This document shows positions 42,372-58,230 of a stretch of DNA of 64,000 nucleotides, in pieces. Every line of letters starts with the position of its first letter. Position 1 is the first letter of the stretch. The notes under the pieces were generated by a model, which was given only the letters and a program-made list of their open reading frames with translations, was not told where the DNA came from and did no database searches. This stretch comes from the human T2T-CHM13v2.0 reference genome, Homo sapiens. The stretch is from NCBI RefSeq assembly GCF_009914755.1, contig NC_060931.1; one strand, given 5' to 3'. The position numbers and the translations under genes are program-made.

Positions 42372-44556
42372 ATGTATTATGTCTCCATAAAATGTATAAA
42401 AGCAAGCTGGAGCCTAACCACCTTGGGCATGTGTCCTCAGGACCTTCTAAGGATGTGTCACAGGTACGTCTTTAACCTCGGCAAAATAAACTTTCTAAAT
42501 TGATTCAGACTTGTCTCAAATACTTTTTGGTTTACAAATTGGCAACCGATGAAAGAGACTCTGAGTATAGGTGGCCTCAACCTCTGACAAATCTATTGAT
42601 ATTTAGTACCAGCTTTTAGCTGTCTTTATGGTCGAAACCAACAGGACAATTGGCTGAGAGCTGGGAGCCCTCCTCCCTCCAGAGAATCCTGATCTCCCCA
42701 AATTTGGTTGAGATCCAAAGTGTATTTTGCTGTACAACTCCTTTTCTAGAGTTTTACTTGCTTCCAACAAGGAAAGCAAGTTTTCCTGCTTCCATGACAA
42801 TAGAAGGCAGGTAACTCCTTTCTGGAGTTAGAGCTCACTTCCAACAGAGAAGGCGAATTTGAGTTTTCCTGCTTCTAGAATGGTAGAGAGCAGTCTTCAG
42901 CCTGAGACCCATTCCTAGGTAAGTGACTGAATTGGGGTTTCATCTTGGTTAAAGTTATGATGCAGCTGGTCGTAGTTTCTCCTTACTGTTATAGCGCTCA
43001 GTAATCATATTGTTGGGTTTTTGTTGTTGTTTGTTCTGGTCTTTCTCCCATCAGATTTGACCAATTCTGCCTGACTTAGTCAAATCTGAATAAAAATTCC
43101 AAATTGTAGGGAACAAGGCCTCTCTGAATTAGCTAAAATTCCTTGCTGCTGCAAAAGAAAAAAAAATCAATTTCTGGTTGCTTCCTGTCTTTAAAAAAAA
43201 ATTGTTCTTTCATTTACTTTTCTCTACCCTATTCCTCCTTCCCCACTTTGCCATACTCAGTACGAAGAAAAATCTAGAGATGACTCAAACCCCTTAAAGA
43301 ACACAGAACAAAGGCACCACTCACCCCATTTGGGGGTGTTCTGTTTTCTTTGTGGAGTTTCAAGAGTCATGGGCAGATTCTTCTTAGGTCTAAAGTTCTG
43401 CTTTCCTGTATTACATTACCTCACCTCTTTGGCTTTTGTGAGTAGCAGAGATTACCTTGTACTGTGAGAGGATTTTACCTTGATGTGTGTACTGGCGGAT
43501 GAGAGCTACAAAGTTAAAGCTGACTGAGGACAGTTTACAGGAAGCAGTCTTCACTGTTTTGTTTTTTCCACCTAGGAAGTTGTTTAGGATCCTAATTCTA
43601 ATTCAGAGGTGCATTCTACAGAGTCTTCTCCATTGCCTTTCCTCTCAAAATTAATCTTGATTGGCTTCTCTGGGCATTTGCGTGAGGAACTGAAACTCAT
43701 TTTCATAGATAAATGAGAGAATGAGTTTCCTCAGCTCCCTAAAGGGCATTTTGCTTCTCCCAGCTGAAAGGCTCCCCTGGATTACTAGGGGCTAAGTGGG
43801 AGTGTCTAGTGGGTTGACCCCCAGCAACGTGCAGCAGCCCTACAGGGAATCCCCAACAAAATTAGTTTTAAAAGGCTTGTCCAAGAAATGAATATAGGAG
43901 CTGGTCATTCCATGCTTTGAGCCCTCCTGGAGGTGCTAGACCTCTGGAGACAAAAATGACTCAGTGGATAACACGCTATGGAGTCCTGCCAATAACCAGC
44001 ACACTTCAACCCATTCCACTAAACCCTAGGCCTTTAAAAAAAAAAAAAAAAAAAGGTGGGAAACAATCTAAGAATGGGAAAAACAAGGAGAATGACTCCC
44101 TTTCAGGCACTCTGTTGGTTTTATGGCACCTCTGCTTGCAAGTGTTTGTGTAAAATGGTCTTTATGGTCTTTTTGTGCACAATTACATCAAGGAAATTTC
44201 AGAGCCCAAAGGTCAACCTGCAACTATAAGGTTCCTAAGTTATCTATCTCTTTCTTTTCTGCCTGCTTTAAGTCTGCTGTTACTTTTTTGCTGAGATAGA
44301 ATCCACTGTTTGTATTCAACCATTTCGTTTTTGTTATTGTTAATTGTTTTTGCAAACCAATGAGTTTGTATTAATATCTCCTGGCTAGAGTTCTGAAGTA
44401 AAAGCTATAGAATCTTTGTGTGAGGGTGTATGTGTGTGTTTATGTGTACATATGCATATTTTGTTATGTGTTTTGGCCACAGGGACCAAATGTGGCTTAA
44501 ACTTACAGAGTACTCATAAATAAGCCCAAACGCTTTTCAAGTTCACGTGACAGTAA

Positions 44557-45397
<841 letters not shown>

Positions 45398-46412
45398 GTG
45401 CTGTGTAATTTTTGATAAAGAAGACATTGATATTAGTTTAGTGAAAATAACCAAATCTTGAATTATGTGGTAAAATAAACATATATTTAATGTTAAGTTT
45501 CTTACTTAGGTAAACACCTGAAATTCACAGACTATAAAATGGTTGACAGGGAAATAACTTTAAATGACGACTATTTGCAGTTTTCATAAATAGGTAAACG
45601 ATTAAAATAAAATAATTAGTTAAATGTAATGGAATGAATACTTATAGACAAACTTGTCATAATTTAGAATGTAAAGTTAAATACATATTTCATTAAATGT
45701 TTGGATATTTTCCAATTAAAAAATTATATTGTAGGAAAACATTGTTTCCAAAAAAAAAGTATGCTCTTATTAAAAGGTAATTTTTGTCTAATTCAAAGCT
45801 TTAAAGGTTATGTATAAATAAAGAGGAACCAGCAAATAAGAAAGAAGTTATATAATCAAAGAGGTATTTTTGGTAAGAAAGCTAAAAGAAAAATATGTGA
45901 GAAAGAGTCTTTTATGGTGAATTTTTTTCCTAAAATAAAATGACAGGGTTGTTTAAAAAAGAAGGATATGTAGGACAAACCAGAAAGTCCAAGCATGTCG
46001 TGAATGATCTAGGTCATAATACAGTTAGTAAAAAGGGAATTTATAAAAATGTTATGTGATTAATTGACTATAATGAAATTATAATAGTTTTTCTAAAAAA
46101 CTGGACTTCAGTATTAAAAATACACTCAATAATTGGTTAAAACAAGATTTCATTAGAAAAATTGTGTTACTCTTAGTGCAAGAAGTTTTTAATTTTTAAA
46201 TTCAATAATCTGTTTCTTTTTGAAACTACTCAAATATCTCAAGCTTAATAATCTATAGAAGAAAAATTTTGAAAAGCAAATGAAAAATCTTTTGGTTCTG
46301 CTTTTGTCTGCATGTCTGTTATATCTATGATTATATGTGCCATGTGGAAGTGGTATTTCGCTGTTAAACTCTATGAAAGAGTTCTAATTTGACTTAAAGA
46401 AATGTAAGGGCT

Positions 46413-46759
<347 letters not shown>

Positions 46760-47006
46760 TTAATTCACATGACTTCGGCAGTCTTTGGTAAGATTAATTT
46801 GGTAAACTTAATCTCAAAATTCTCTGCAATAGTTTAAAATCTTAAAATCATGTTAAGTAACCTTGATTTTTTTCACTAGGAATTTGGGTTACTAAGAGTT
46901 AAAATAGTAGTAATATTAAAGAAGTAAAAAAGTATAAAAGAAAATGTAATTTTTTTCCTAGTTAAGAGGCTATTTCAGTCGTTTTAAATTAAAGAGAAAA
47001 TTATAC

Positions 47007-47385
47007 TGTATTAGTTCATTCTTACATTGCTGTAAAGAACTACCTGAGACTAGGTAATTTGTAAAGATAAAAGGTTTAATTGACTCACAGTTCTGCAGGC
47101 TGTACAGGAAGCATGAATGGGAGGCCTCAGGAAACTTACAATCATAGCAGAAGTCATAGAGGAAGTGAGCACATCTTCACATGTGGAAGTGTGAGAGAGA
47201 GAGTGCAAAGGGGAAAGTGCAACACACTTTCAAAAACCAGATCTTGTGAGAACTCACTATCACAAGAACAGCAAGGGGAAAACCACCCCCACAATCCAGT
47301 CACCTCCCACCAGGTCCCTCCCCTGACATTGAGTATTATGATTCAACATGAGATTTGGGTGGGGACACAGTGCGAAACCATATCA
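47007..47385 (-). mobile_element. MST-type MaLR solo LTR
   Basis: TGTATTAGT...GGTTTAATTGACTCACAGTTC...GAGATTTGGGTGGGGACACAG...AAACCATATCA. Confidence 0.9.
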
Positions 47386-48087
47386 TTCACAAATAACAAT
47401 ACATGGATAAAAAGAAAAATTAAGCCAGGGCAACAAAATGTACCTCCAAGACCTGTGGTTACCAAGAAGATAGTTGATGCATGGGAAGGATTAAACCAAG
47501 TAACTATTAAAAGCGAAGAGTATGATGTAAAACAGTTCCATTTTATAGATTGGTATCATTAGCTTCTTGAGAAATCTCTAATGGATTGTAAAAATAACCA
47601 CTGTAAGGACAAAATTTTTTATTTTAAATGCTACTGAATGAAAGAGCTTGTTTGTATTGATGCACGACCCACAGCTCACTATTGAACAATCCCTGATGAG
47701 TATATGTGATCCAAAGGCATAGGAGGTTATTCCTGAGATAACAGCCAGCCTAGTAGACTAGATAAATGCCACTGTAAGGTCTGTTGTAAGGTCTATTTGC
47801 CCTGAAAAGGAGACTTCCTAACTCTTCCTGTAAAACACCAACTGGAGCACCCCAGATGAAGCAGTTGATACGCTTCTTATGCAAGCCATGTAGGACTACC
47901 TTTTTGATGACTGGGATATTCTCCCACTGAATATGCCTATAACCCAGGTCATGGCAAATTTTGGGCTGAGAGGGGCACCTTTTACATGGGTACCCCTCCC
48001 ACAGAATCATATGACTGTTTGAGAAGCTTTATCAAATTTGCTGTCCCTCATGGGTGTACAGATGGTTAATAATACATAGGGGTAATT

Positions 48088-50348
48088 GGGCTGTGTCCCC
48101 ACCCAAATCTCAACTTGAATTGTATCTCCCCGAATTCACATGTGTTGTGGGAGGGACCCAGGAGGAAGTAACTGAATCATGGGGTCCAGTCTTTCCCATG
48201 CTATTCTCGTGATAGTGAATAAGTCACACGAGATCTGATGGGTTTATCAAGGGTTTCTGCTTTTGCTCCTTCCTTATTTTCTCTTCCCGCCGACATGTAA
48301 TAATTGCCTTTAGCCTCCCATCATGATTCTGAGGCCTCCCCGGCCATGTGGAACTTTAGTCCAATTAAATTTTTTTTTCTTCCCAGTCTCGGGTATGTCT
48401 TTATCAGCAGCACGAAAACAGACTAATACAGTAAACTGGTACTGGTAGAGTGGGGCACTGCTGAAAATATACTTGAAAATGTGGAAGCGACTTTGGAACT
48501 GGGTAACAGGCAGAGGTTGGAACAGTTTGGAGGACTCAGAAGAAGACAGGAAAATGTGGGAAAGTTTGGAACTTCCTAGAGACTTGTTGAATGGCTTTGC
48601 CCAAAATACTGATAACGATATGGACAGTAAGGTCCAGGCTGAGGTGGTCTCAGATTGAGATGAGGAACTTGTTGGGAACTGGAGTAAAGGTGACTTTTGT
48701 TATGTTTTAGAAGAGACTGGTGGCATTTTGCCTCTGCCCTAGAGATTTGTGGAACTTTGAACTTAAGAAAGTTGATTTAGGGTATCTGGCAGAAGAAATT
48801 TCTAAGCAGCAAAGCATTCAAGAGGTGATTTGGATACTGTTAAAGGCATTTAGTTTTATAAGGGAAGCAGAGCATAAAAGTTTGGAAAATTTGCAGCATT
48901 ACTATGCGATAGACAAGAAAAACCCATTTTCTGGGGAGAGATTCAAGCCAGCTGCGGAAATTTGTGTAAGTAGCAAGGAGCCTAATGTTAGTCCCCAAGA
49001 CCATGGGGAAGATGTCTCCAGACCATGTCAGAGACCTTCACCACAGCCCCTCCTATCACAGGCCCAGAAGGAAAAAGTGGTTTTGTGGGCCTGGTCCAGG
49101 GTCCCCTTGCTGTGTGCAACCTAGGGATGTGGCACCCTGTGTCCCAGCTGCTGCTTCAGCTGTGGCTGAAAGGGGCCAATGTACAGCTCAGGTTGTGGCC
49201 TCAGAGGGTGGAAGCCCCAAGCTTTGGCAGCGTCCACATGGTGTTGAGCCTGCAGGTGCACAGAAGTCAAAGAATTGAGGTTTGGGAACCTCTACCTAGA
49301 TTTCAGATGTATGGAAATGTCTAGATGCCCAGGCAAAAGTTTGCTATGGGGTGGGGCCCTCATAGAGAACCTCTGCTAGGGCAGTGTGGAAGGGAAATGT
49401 GGGGTTGGAGCCCCCACACAGAGTCCCTACTGGGGCACTGCCTAGTAGAGCTGTGAGAAGAGGGCCATTGTCTTCTAGACCCCAGAATGGTAGATCCACT
49501 GACAGCTTGCACCATGTGCCTGGAAAAGCTGCAGACACTCAACGCCAGCCCGTGAAAGCATCCGGGAGGGAGGCTGTACCCTGCCAAGCCACAGGGGCAG
49601 AGCTACCCAAGACCATGGGAACTCACCTCTTGCATCAGTGTGACCTGGATTTGAGACCTGGAATCAAAGGAGATCATTTTGGAGCTTTAACATTTGACTG
49701 CCCCACTGAATTCTGGACTTGCATGGGACCCGTAACCCCATTGTTTTGGCCAATTTCTCTCATTTGGAATGGCTGTATTTACCCAATACCTGCACACCCA
49801 TTGTATCTAGGAAGTAACTAGCTTGCTTTTGATTTTACAGGCCCATAGGTGGAAGAGACTTGCCTTGTCTCAGATGAAACTTTGGTCTGTGGACTTTTAG
49901 GTTAATGCTGAAATGAGTTAAGACTTTGGGAGACTGTTGGGAAGGCACGATTGGTTTTGAAATGGGAGGACATGAAATTTGGAGGGCGCAGGGGTGTGAT
50001 ATGGTTTGGGTGTGTCCTCACCCAAATCTCAACTCGAATTATATCTCCCAGAATTCACATGTATTGTGGGAGAGACCCAGGGGGAGGTAATTGAATCATG
50101 GCAGCCAGTCTTTTCCGTGCTATTCTCGTGATAGTGAATAAGTCTCACAAGCTCTGATGGGTTTATCAGGAGTTTCTGCTTTTGCTGCTTCCTCATTTTC
50201 TCTTGCCACCGCCATGTAATAAGTGCCTTTTGCCTCCCGCCATAATTCTGAGGCCTCCCCAGCCATGTGGAACTGTAAGTCCAATTAAACCTTTTTTTCT
50301 TCCCAGCCTCAGGTATGAATCAGCAGCATGAAAATGGATTTGAATACA
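48088..50348 (+). mobile_element. THE1A-like MaLR element (LTR 48088-48430, internal, LTR 49997-50348)
   Basis: Two homologous ~350-bp LTRs; internal MaLR ORF remnants (MWESLELPRDLLNGF, LGYLAEEISKQQSIQ). Confidence 0.93.
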
Positions 50349-50759
50349 GAAGCCTAATCAAATTTGCTGTCCCTCATGGGTCTATAGATGGTTAATAAAA
50401 CATTGGGGTAATTAACCAAAAAAAAAAAAAAAAAAAAGGAAAGCAAAAAGGGAGCCAAAGGACTAGCCCCAGAAGGATGATAGAAATTTGGGGATGGTTA
50501 TTCACCATTTGCCCCAGATTGGAAGATTAAGGGGAAAAAAAAAATCAGAAGGCAGAGTTTATCATGAGAAAGCTGACATTGCCTGGGGCAATGCTGAGGC
50601 CAATTAAGATGAAAATTGATAAAAATTAACAAAAGAGCCTTAGTCCCTTGGCTCGACTCCCTGCTGGGAACCTAAACTTTTTTTAACCAGGTAAGGTAAA
50701 ATGGTCTGGGGGTAGAAAAGTTCCTGGGACCAAAACATTAAAAACATACATGTTAATAG

Positions 50760-51412
<653 letters not shown>

Positions 51413-51502
51413 TCAAATTATGAAATTTGAGATGTTTAAACAGACTTTATGTAAGGTAGTTGTGACTCCTTTACCTGTCTTATGAAAATGGGTATTACAT
51501 CG

Positions 51503-51830
51503 CTGGGCACGGTGGCTCACGCCTGTAATCCTAGCACTTTGGGAGGCCAAGGCAGATGGATCACCTGAGGTCAGGAGTTTAACACCAGCCTGGCCAACAT
51601 GGCAAAACCCCGTCTCTACTAAAATACAAAAATTAGCCTGGCATGATGGCAGGTGGCTGTAATCCCAGCTACTCGGGAGGCTGAGACTGGAGAATTGCTT
51701 GAACTCAGGAGACAGTGGTTGCAGTGAACCGAGATCATGCTACTGCACTCCTCCCTGGGCGGCTGAGCGAGACTCCATCTTGTGGGAGGGAGAAATACAC
51801 ACACACACACACACACACAGAGAGAAAAGA
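51503..51830 (+). mobile_element. AluS with (CA)n tail
   Basis: TSD GAAAATGGGTATTA. Confidence 0.93.
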
Positions 51831-53127
51831 AAATGGGTATTATATCTAACTGAGGGATGTTTCCCCTATCTAGTGCTATAAAACTGAAGGCATGTAAATC
51901 TGCTCTTTGAGAAATGTTAATTGGACACACTAAATGGGAACTAGTAAGATTGCCTGAGCCCACAAAATATGGGTTAGAAGCTGCAGTGCTAGTTGGGACA
52001 AATCCTCCACTTCATAGCCTTTTGTGGAGCATTTACTGGGGCTTATGGCAAAAGACTGTGAGTACTTCCCAGTGATAACTACTGGACTAGAGAATTTCCA
52101 CTTGAGGGGCATGTACTGTCTTGCTATGGAATGTTAACTGAAGCCACCCCTATGCTAATGGAAATAATGGTGCCCAAGAGTTCCATGGTAAAATAAAAGT
52201 GGTTTACATAGATCTTGCTACCTGGATGTTCAAGGAGGACAATACTCATGAGCAGGGAGCTTCCTTTTACCCTAGGACTGTTTCTAACTGTATGACGGGC
52301 TGCTAGATTCCACAGTGCCTGATGGTTCTCATGAGCTGTTTGGCTCGTGAATGGCAGTTCAAAGGTAAACAAACACCTTGTTTGGAAGGCTGCTGCTCTG
52401 GCTAACGAAGGGTCAAAAAAATTTATTTTTCCTTTATTTCCAGTTTAGAACATTTGGGTGAAGTATATTTTTGTAAGCAAAATTACATTTCTGAGTTCTC
52501 CAAAATTCAGATTGTGATTTTATGACAGTATAGTTGTTTGCATAAGTTTAGTAAGAGTCTTTTAGAACAAAACAGTTGGAGACACTGGTTATTTTACCAA
52601 GACTTTCACTAGAATAGCATATTTTTAGGTAAAGTTCCAACAAAGCCAACTTAAGAGCCTATATAGTCAATGAATTCTTGCTGCACTTTATGTAAATCAT
52701 CAGGCAAAGTATAATAAGCTTAGAACTTATTTTGCACACAAATTGGTCTTACTACAATTTCTCTTTAATAGAAAAGGAGGGCTAGAGAGAAATTGTTTCA
52801 AAGGAAAAATGTAATGCTTTATACTAGATTTCACCCCTAACTTTTGTTTTTTTGAGTGCAGATTGAATCATGAATTATATCTTGGCTACAGTAATCTCTA
52901 GAGAGTATCAGATTATAAGATTATAACTTTTTCATATCTTTAGTTGGTGCCCTAATGGAATAGGTTTATTTTTCTGCCCTGACACACAAATAATCTTTTT
53001 ATTGTCAAAATATTAATGTTATTTATTTCTCCTTGTTTTACTTTCAAGGAAACCAAACCAGTCTCCCTCCTTTGGCATCTCACTGGGCCTGATTTGTTTT
53101 TTACTGCAAATGCCCTACTACTAAAAC

Positions 53128-54268
53128 TGTTTTTGGGGGGGAAAAACACTGGTTTTTGTCACACAACCCAGATAATTTAGGCATGCGGATACATTGTAGG
53201 GTGAGTAGGGCAGGGTTCATTGAGTGAAAAGGGAAAAAACGGGAAACAGGAACCCTCAGCAAATTGAGAGAGTACTGCTATCAGGTTTCCTAACTCACAG
53301 ATTGAAACCTAGGTTACCACACAAGAACAGGAGAGGCCAGGCTTCTCCCCTCTGCAAACGGCATGGACTTCCTGAGGCTCCATCCTGTCCTCCTGGTGCG
53401 CAGGCCAGTCAGAGATTCTCCAGGGACCCCTTTTTACTTAGTCTCATTCACCCTTCTAAAGAAATACATTTAACTGCCATTAGAAGGATAAGGATAAGGA
53501 TGAAGACCAATCTTAACTGCTTCCTGCTGACAGGAGGTGCTGTTTTGGGAAAATGGCAGTCAGATCTCCTTCAGAGACCAATCTAAGGGTCCCTAGCAAA
53601 AGGGGCCGTCGTCCAAGGCTCCAGTTCATAACCACTTGGAGTGTGATGGTCTGAAGGCAAGAAGAGACAAACCGGGTTATTAGAAAACATATATCAAAAC
53701 GAAATAAGTGGCGAAGGGTAAGGACCTCTCAAAAATCCTGAGGCCTTTTATAAACCAGTTTGCACAGGGACAGAGGGGCCCAAAGCCTGACTGGCTAAAA
53801 AAAACACTTACCCTTTTGTCAGCATGTCAGGCTCCTGGGTTCCCTTCCCCTAAGCCCAATGCTAAGCTAACAAGTTTAAGGTTTGGGAAATTAACCCTTC
53901 CCAGTTTGGAGGGTGCATCCTGGGGAGGCATCCTGTTTCTATCTGTGAAGAGGATAGAGGAGGAAAAAGAAAAAAGAGACATTTTTTCAAAAGAGTCCCA
54001 GCGGTTTCATACACATTATAGGGTGAGTAGGGCAGGGTTTGTTGGGTGAAAGGAATAAAAAGGGAAACAGGAACCCTCCGCAGAGCGAAAGAGAGTCCCA
54101 ATAGCAGTTTTCCCACCTCACAGATGAAATTCCAGGTTACCACACAGGAAAAAGAGAGGCCAGGCTCCTCCCCACTGCGGCACAAATTTCCTGAGGCTGC
54201 ATCCCATCCTCCCAGTGTGCAGGCCAGTTGGATATTCCCCGGGGACCCCTTTTTACTTGACTGTCTCA
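53128..54268 (-). mobile_element. Internally deleted two-LTR ERV1 element (MER61-like)
   Basis: Homologous LTR copies 53128-53446 and ~54010-54268 (reverse begins TGAGACAGTCAAGTAAAAAGGGGTCCCC); purine tract beside the 3' LTR; TSD AAAC at 53124-53127 and 54269-54272. Confidence 0.8.
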
Positions 54269-55991
54269 AAACTATGCAAGCACCCTCCCTCTAGGCCCAA
54301 GGACTATCACAGGAGAAGTGGGCGTGTGAGATTGTAAGGGCTGGTTTTGAGGGATAGAATTAGGTCAAGGTCAGACCCTCCAAATCAAGGATGGGTACAA
54401 AGATGCCGAAACAGCTGATAAAACAAGGGACTTTGCCTCCTGAGCTATTGTGTGGCACCTTTCTATCCACTTCAGCCATAAATAATTTCCTGCTTCCTGT
54501 AGAATTAAAACAATTACTGAAGCTACCCCTATACTAATGAAAATAATGGTGCCCAAAAGAGTTCAATTACTGATAGGATAAAGATAACTTGCGACAAAGC
54601 CTGCTGGGTTAATACCCTCAGTTATGAGAAGTGCAGATAGTTCTATATGTCTTTTAAAAATTTTTCAAGACAATGCTTATGTTTTGTATAGCTAATTGCT
54701 CTGAGTCTATACAACCGAGACTACAGTAGCTCAGTGCATACAAGTTAAAAATAAGTCAGTTTTGTAACTTCGCCTTTGGTTTTTTTGATTGTTGGCTTTC
54801 TACTTAAAAAAAAAATAATTTTAAGGGGTAATGAATGCCTGGCCATGTCTAGCCCAGTCTGACCTAGAACAGTGAATTGTCTGTAAGTCTTGCTGACTCT
54901 AACACCCTTGACCATAGGGAGTCCCACCGAGGGACAGGATGGGCCCACGGCAGGCAGCTATGCCACACCAGCAACACTATGGGACAGAATTAAAATTTGG
55001 TGGCCATTGATGTTGCCTCTGGCAAATCTTGGCCAGAAGTGAGAGAATGTAAACCAAAAATAAAATTCAAAGTGTGTTCCACCCACCCACCCACCTACCT
55101 CCCACAATCATCTGAATAGACTCCCTCCTTGGCCAGGGTACCGTAAAATTTAACCTGGGAGACTGGTTCAGGCCATGATGAGAAATAGGGGAGTTGGGGT
55201 AGGACATGCCTCATTATACCCCTCCAACATTAACATCAACACAGACCTTAAATCTGACAAACATTTACAATCTATTCTCTCTAAAGCCTGATACTTGGAG
55301 GCTTCATCTGCATGATAAAACCTAGGTCTCTACAACCCCTTGTCTTCACCCAGACATTCCTTTCTATGCATAACTGTCTGAACCATTTCCAATCAGAAAC
55401 TGTTTAAATCTACCTATGACCTGGAAACACCACCCACCCTGACACCTACCCCTACCCCACCCACGCCTTCGAGTTGTCTCGCTTTTCTAGACTAAGCCAA
55501 TGTAAACCTTAACATGTATTGATTGATGTATTATGTCTCCCTAAAATGTATAAAAGCAAGCTGGAGCCCAACCACCTTGGGCATGTGTCCTCAGGACCTC
55601 CTGAGGTTGTCATGGGTGCATCCTTAACCTTGCAAAATAAACTTTCTAAATTGAGACTTGTCTCTTGTCTCAGATACTTTTTGGTTTACAGCTTCTAACT
55701 CATTGAGGAGAGAGCCCGTTTTGCTCAGTAACAATTCTGGCAACCCAGGTGGGATGAAACCTGTCTGAAGTACTGTAGCCCCTTGATGGGGTACAGGCCC
55801 TCTTCACCAACCCTGAGTAGTCACCTAGACCATTTTGTCCAGAGGCTTGGCATAGGGCTTCTGCTTGTCCACCGAGGCTCCCTTGGTACTACTCTTTTTT
55901 TCAGAAAAGAAACTGCTTCTGGATTAGATATCTTTCTGATAAGTCAAAGATGTTAATCATAATAGCTGCCGTTTATTAAATGTTTATCATA

Positions 55992-56298
<307 letters not shown>

Positions 56299-56367
56299 CT
56301 AAGCATTGTGTTAGTTGTGTGCCCGATATCATTTATTCTTTACCACAAACTATTAAAAACAGTATTT

Positions 56368-56790
56368 TGTCAGATTTACTTTAAAGATCTAATTGACTTT
56401 CATTAGCAGTCCATGAATGGGATGCCTCTCATTTAAGATTTAGGAAAGGCACTCTGATGAGCTGAGCAGAAGAGGTTGGCTTTGTAGGCAGGAAATGGTT
56501 GAAGAAAGCAGAAACAGAACAAAGGGCAGATTGGTCATTTAAAAGTTACCTATGGGGTTAAAACAGAGGGGACCCCCCTATCACACCTGCTCAGGTAAAC
56601 TGGGTCCCTTCTGATTGGTTGCTGTAAATCTCCTGGTTTTAGGGGGAAACTGGTTTCAAAGTACAGTTTGTGAAGTACATGGCACCTAGAATAAGTGACT
56701 CCATTCTGGTTTGGTCTGGTTTATTAGTCCTAATACACCCTATAGCTCAGTCCAAAACAGTTATTTCCCTTAAATTTCATTTAGAAAAAG
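56368..56790 (-). mobile_element. ERV1-type LTR fragment splitting a MIR
   Basis: MIR halves at ~56290-56360 and ~56800-56935; insert has CTGATTGGTT and GACTCCATTCTGG LTR-like motifs. Confidence 0.5.
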
Positions 56791-56969
56791 CAAAGATTTA
56801 TTAGCCTTCTTTATAGATAAGGAAATTGAAGTTAAAGTTAAGCAATGGCCAGTGACTTGCTCTGGGTTACATAGCTAAGTAGCAAGCTAGGACTGGAACT
56901 CAATGCTTATTCAGTTTCAAAGGCCCATGCATTTGAACACTTCATCTTCATATATTTTTAAGCATTTTC

Positions 56970-57330
56970 TTAAATTGAGGTGTAACTTATAAACAATAAA
57001 GTGCATGAAACCTAATGCAGTTCAATTAATTTTTACATATGTGTATGTAACAAATATCCAGATCAAAACAGAGAACAATTCCAGTGCTTTAGAAGATGTC
57101 CTTATGCACCCCTTCCTATCCAGTTCCCACACAAGAGTAACCATGTTTTGACCCATGCTGTCTCTTTTGTGTCTTTTTTCTCTTAGTATTATGTCTGAGA
57201 TTGGTCCATGTTGTTTGTATCAGTAACTGCTGTATAGTATTTCATTATATACATAGACTTTGATTGATTTATCCCTTATCCTATTAATGGACATATGGGT
57301 TCCCAGCTTTTGGTTATGACAAATAAGACA
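56970..57330 (-). mobile_element. L1ME 3' fragment
   Basis: AATTGAGGTGTAAC...TCCAGATCAAAACAGAGAACA...AATGGACATATGGGTT. Confidence 0.65.
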
Positions 57331-57893
57331 AAACGCATTCTATTTTAAAAGATTTTTTTTAATTATTGGATTTAAGTTTATAAAAGTTGGAATTTTTTTC
57401 CACATAGTTATACACATTTGTGCTACATGACCAAGGTGTGTGTTTTAACTTGGAACTTAGGGTAATATAAGAGTCCCAGATTTCTTCAATATAAAAGATC
57501 AAGTCAAAGTCTAATACATTTAAGATCCTTCATAACTATGTTTTAAGTGAGAGTTCACTCATAACTAGTAAATGTATTTGATGCTGTCTAGCTTTACATA
57601 AAGTAGCTCTCCAAAACAAATCTGGTATTACTGGAAATTATTTGTCAGAAACATAAATCAAATTCTATTAATGCCATATCTGAGGGCATTTCTGATTTTC
57701 TAAGTTGTATATCTGCAAATACTTACGTTTCAATAAATGCCAAATCCTTATAACAATGCTATTTATTCTCATATCAGGTAGAGATTAATACTTAGTAGAG
57801 TTCTCAATTTTGCTATTCATATGTAAAGATTTTTCCTTTTTAGAAGAAATATTTCTTTTAAACAAACATAATTCTATCAACCTAAAATAATCA

Positions 57894-58230
<337 letters not shown>

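Noticed and set aside
48473-49821. ORFs of 60-145 aa in the THE1 interior
   Set aside because: Interrupted MaLR internal ORF remnants with stops and frameshifts.
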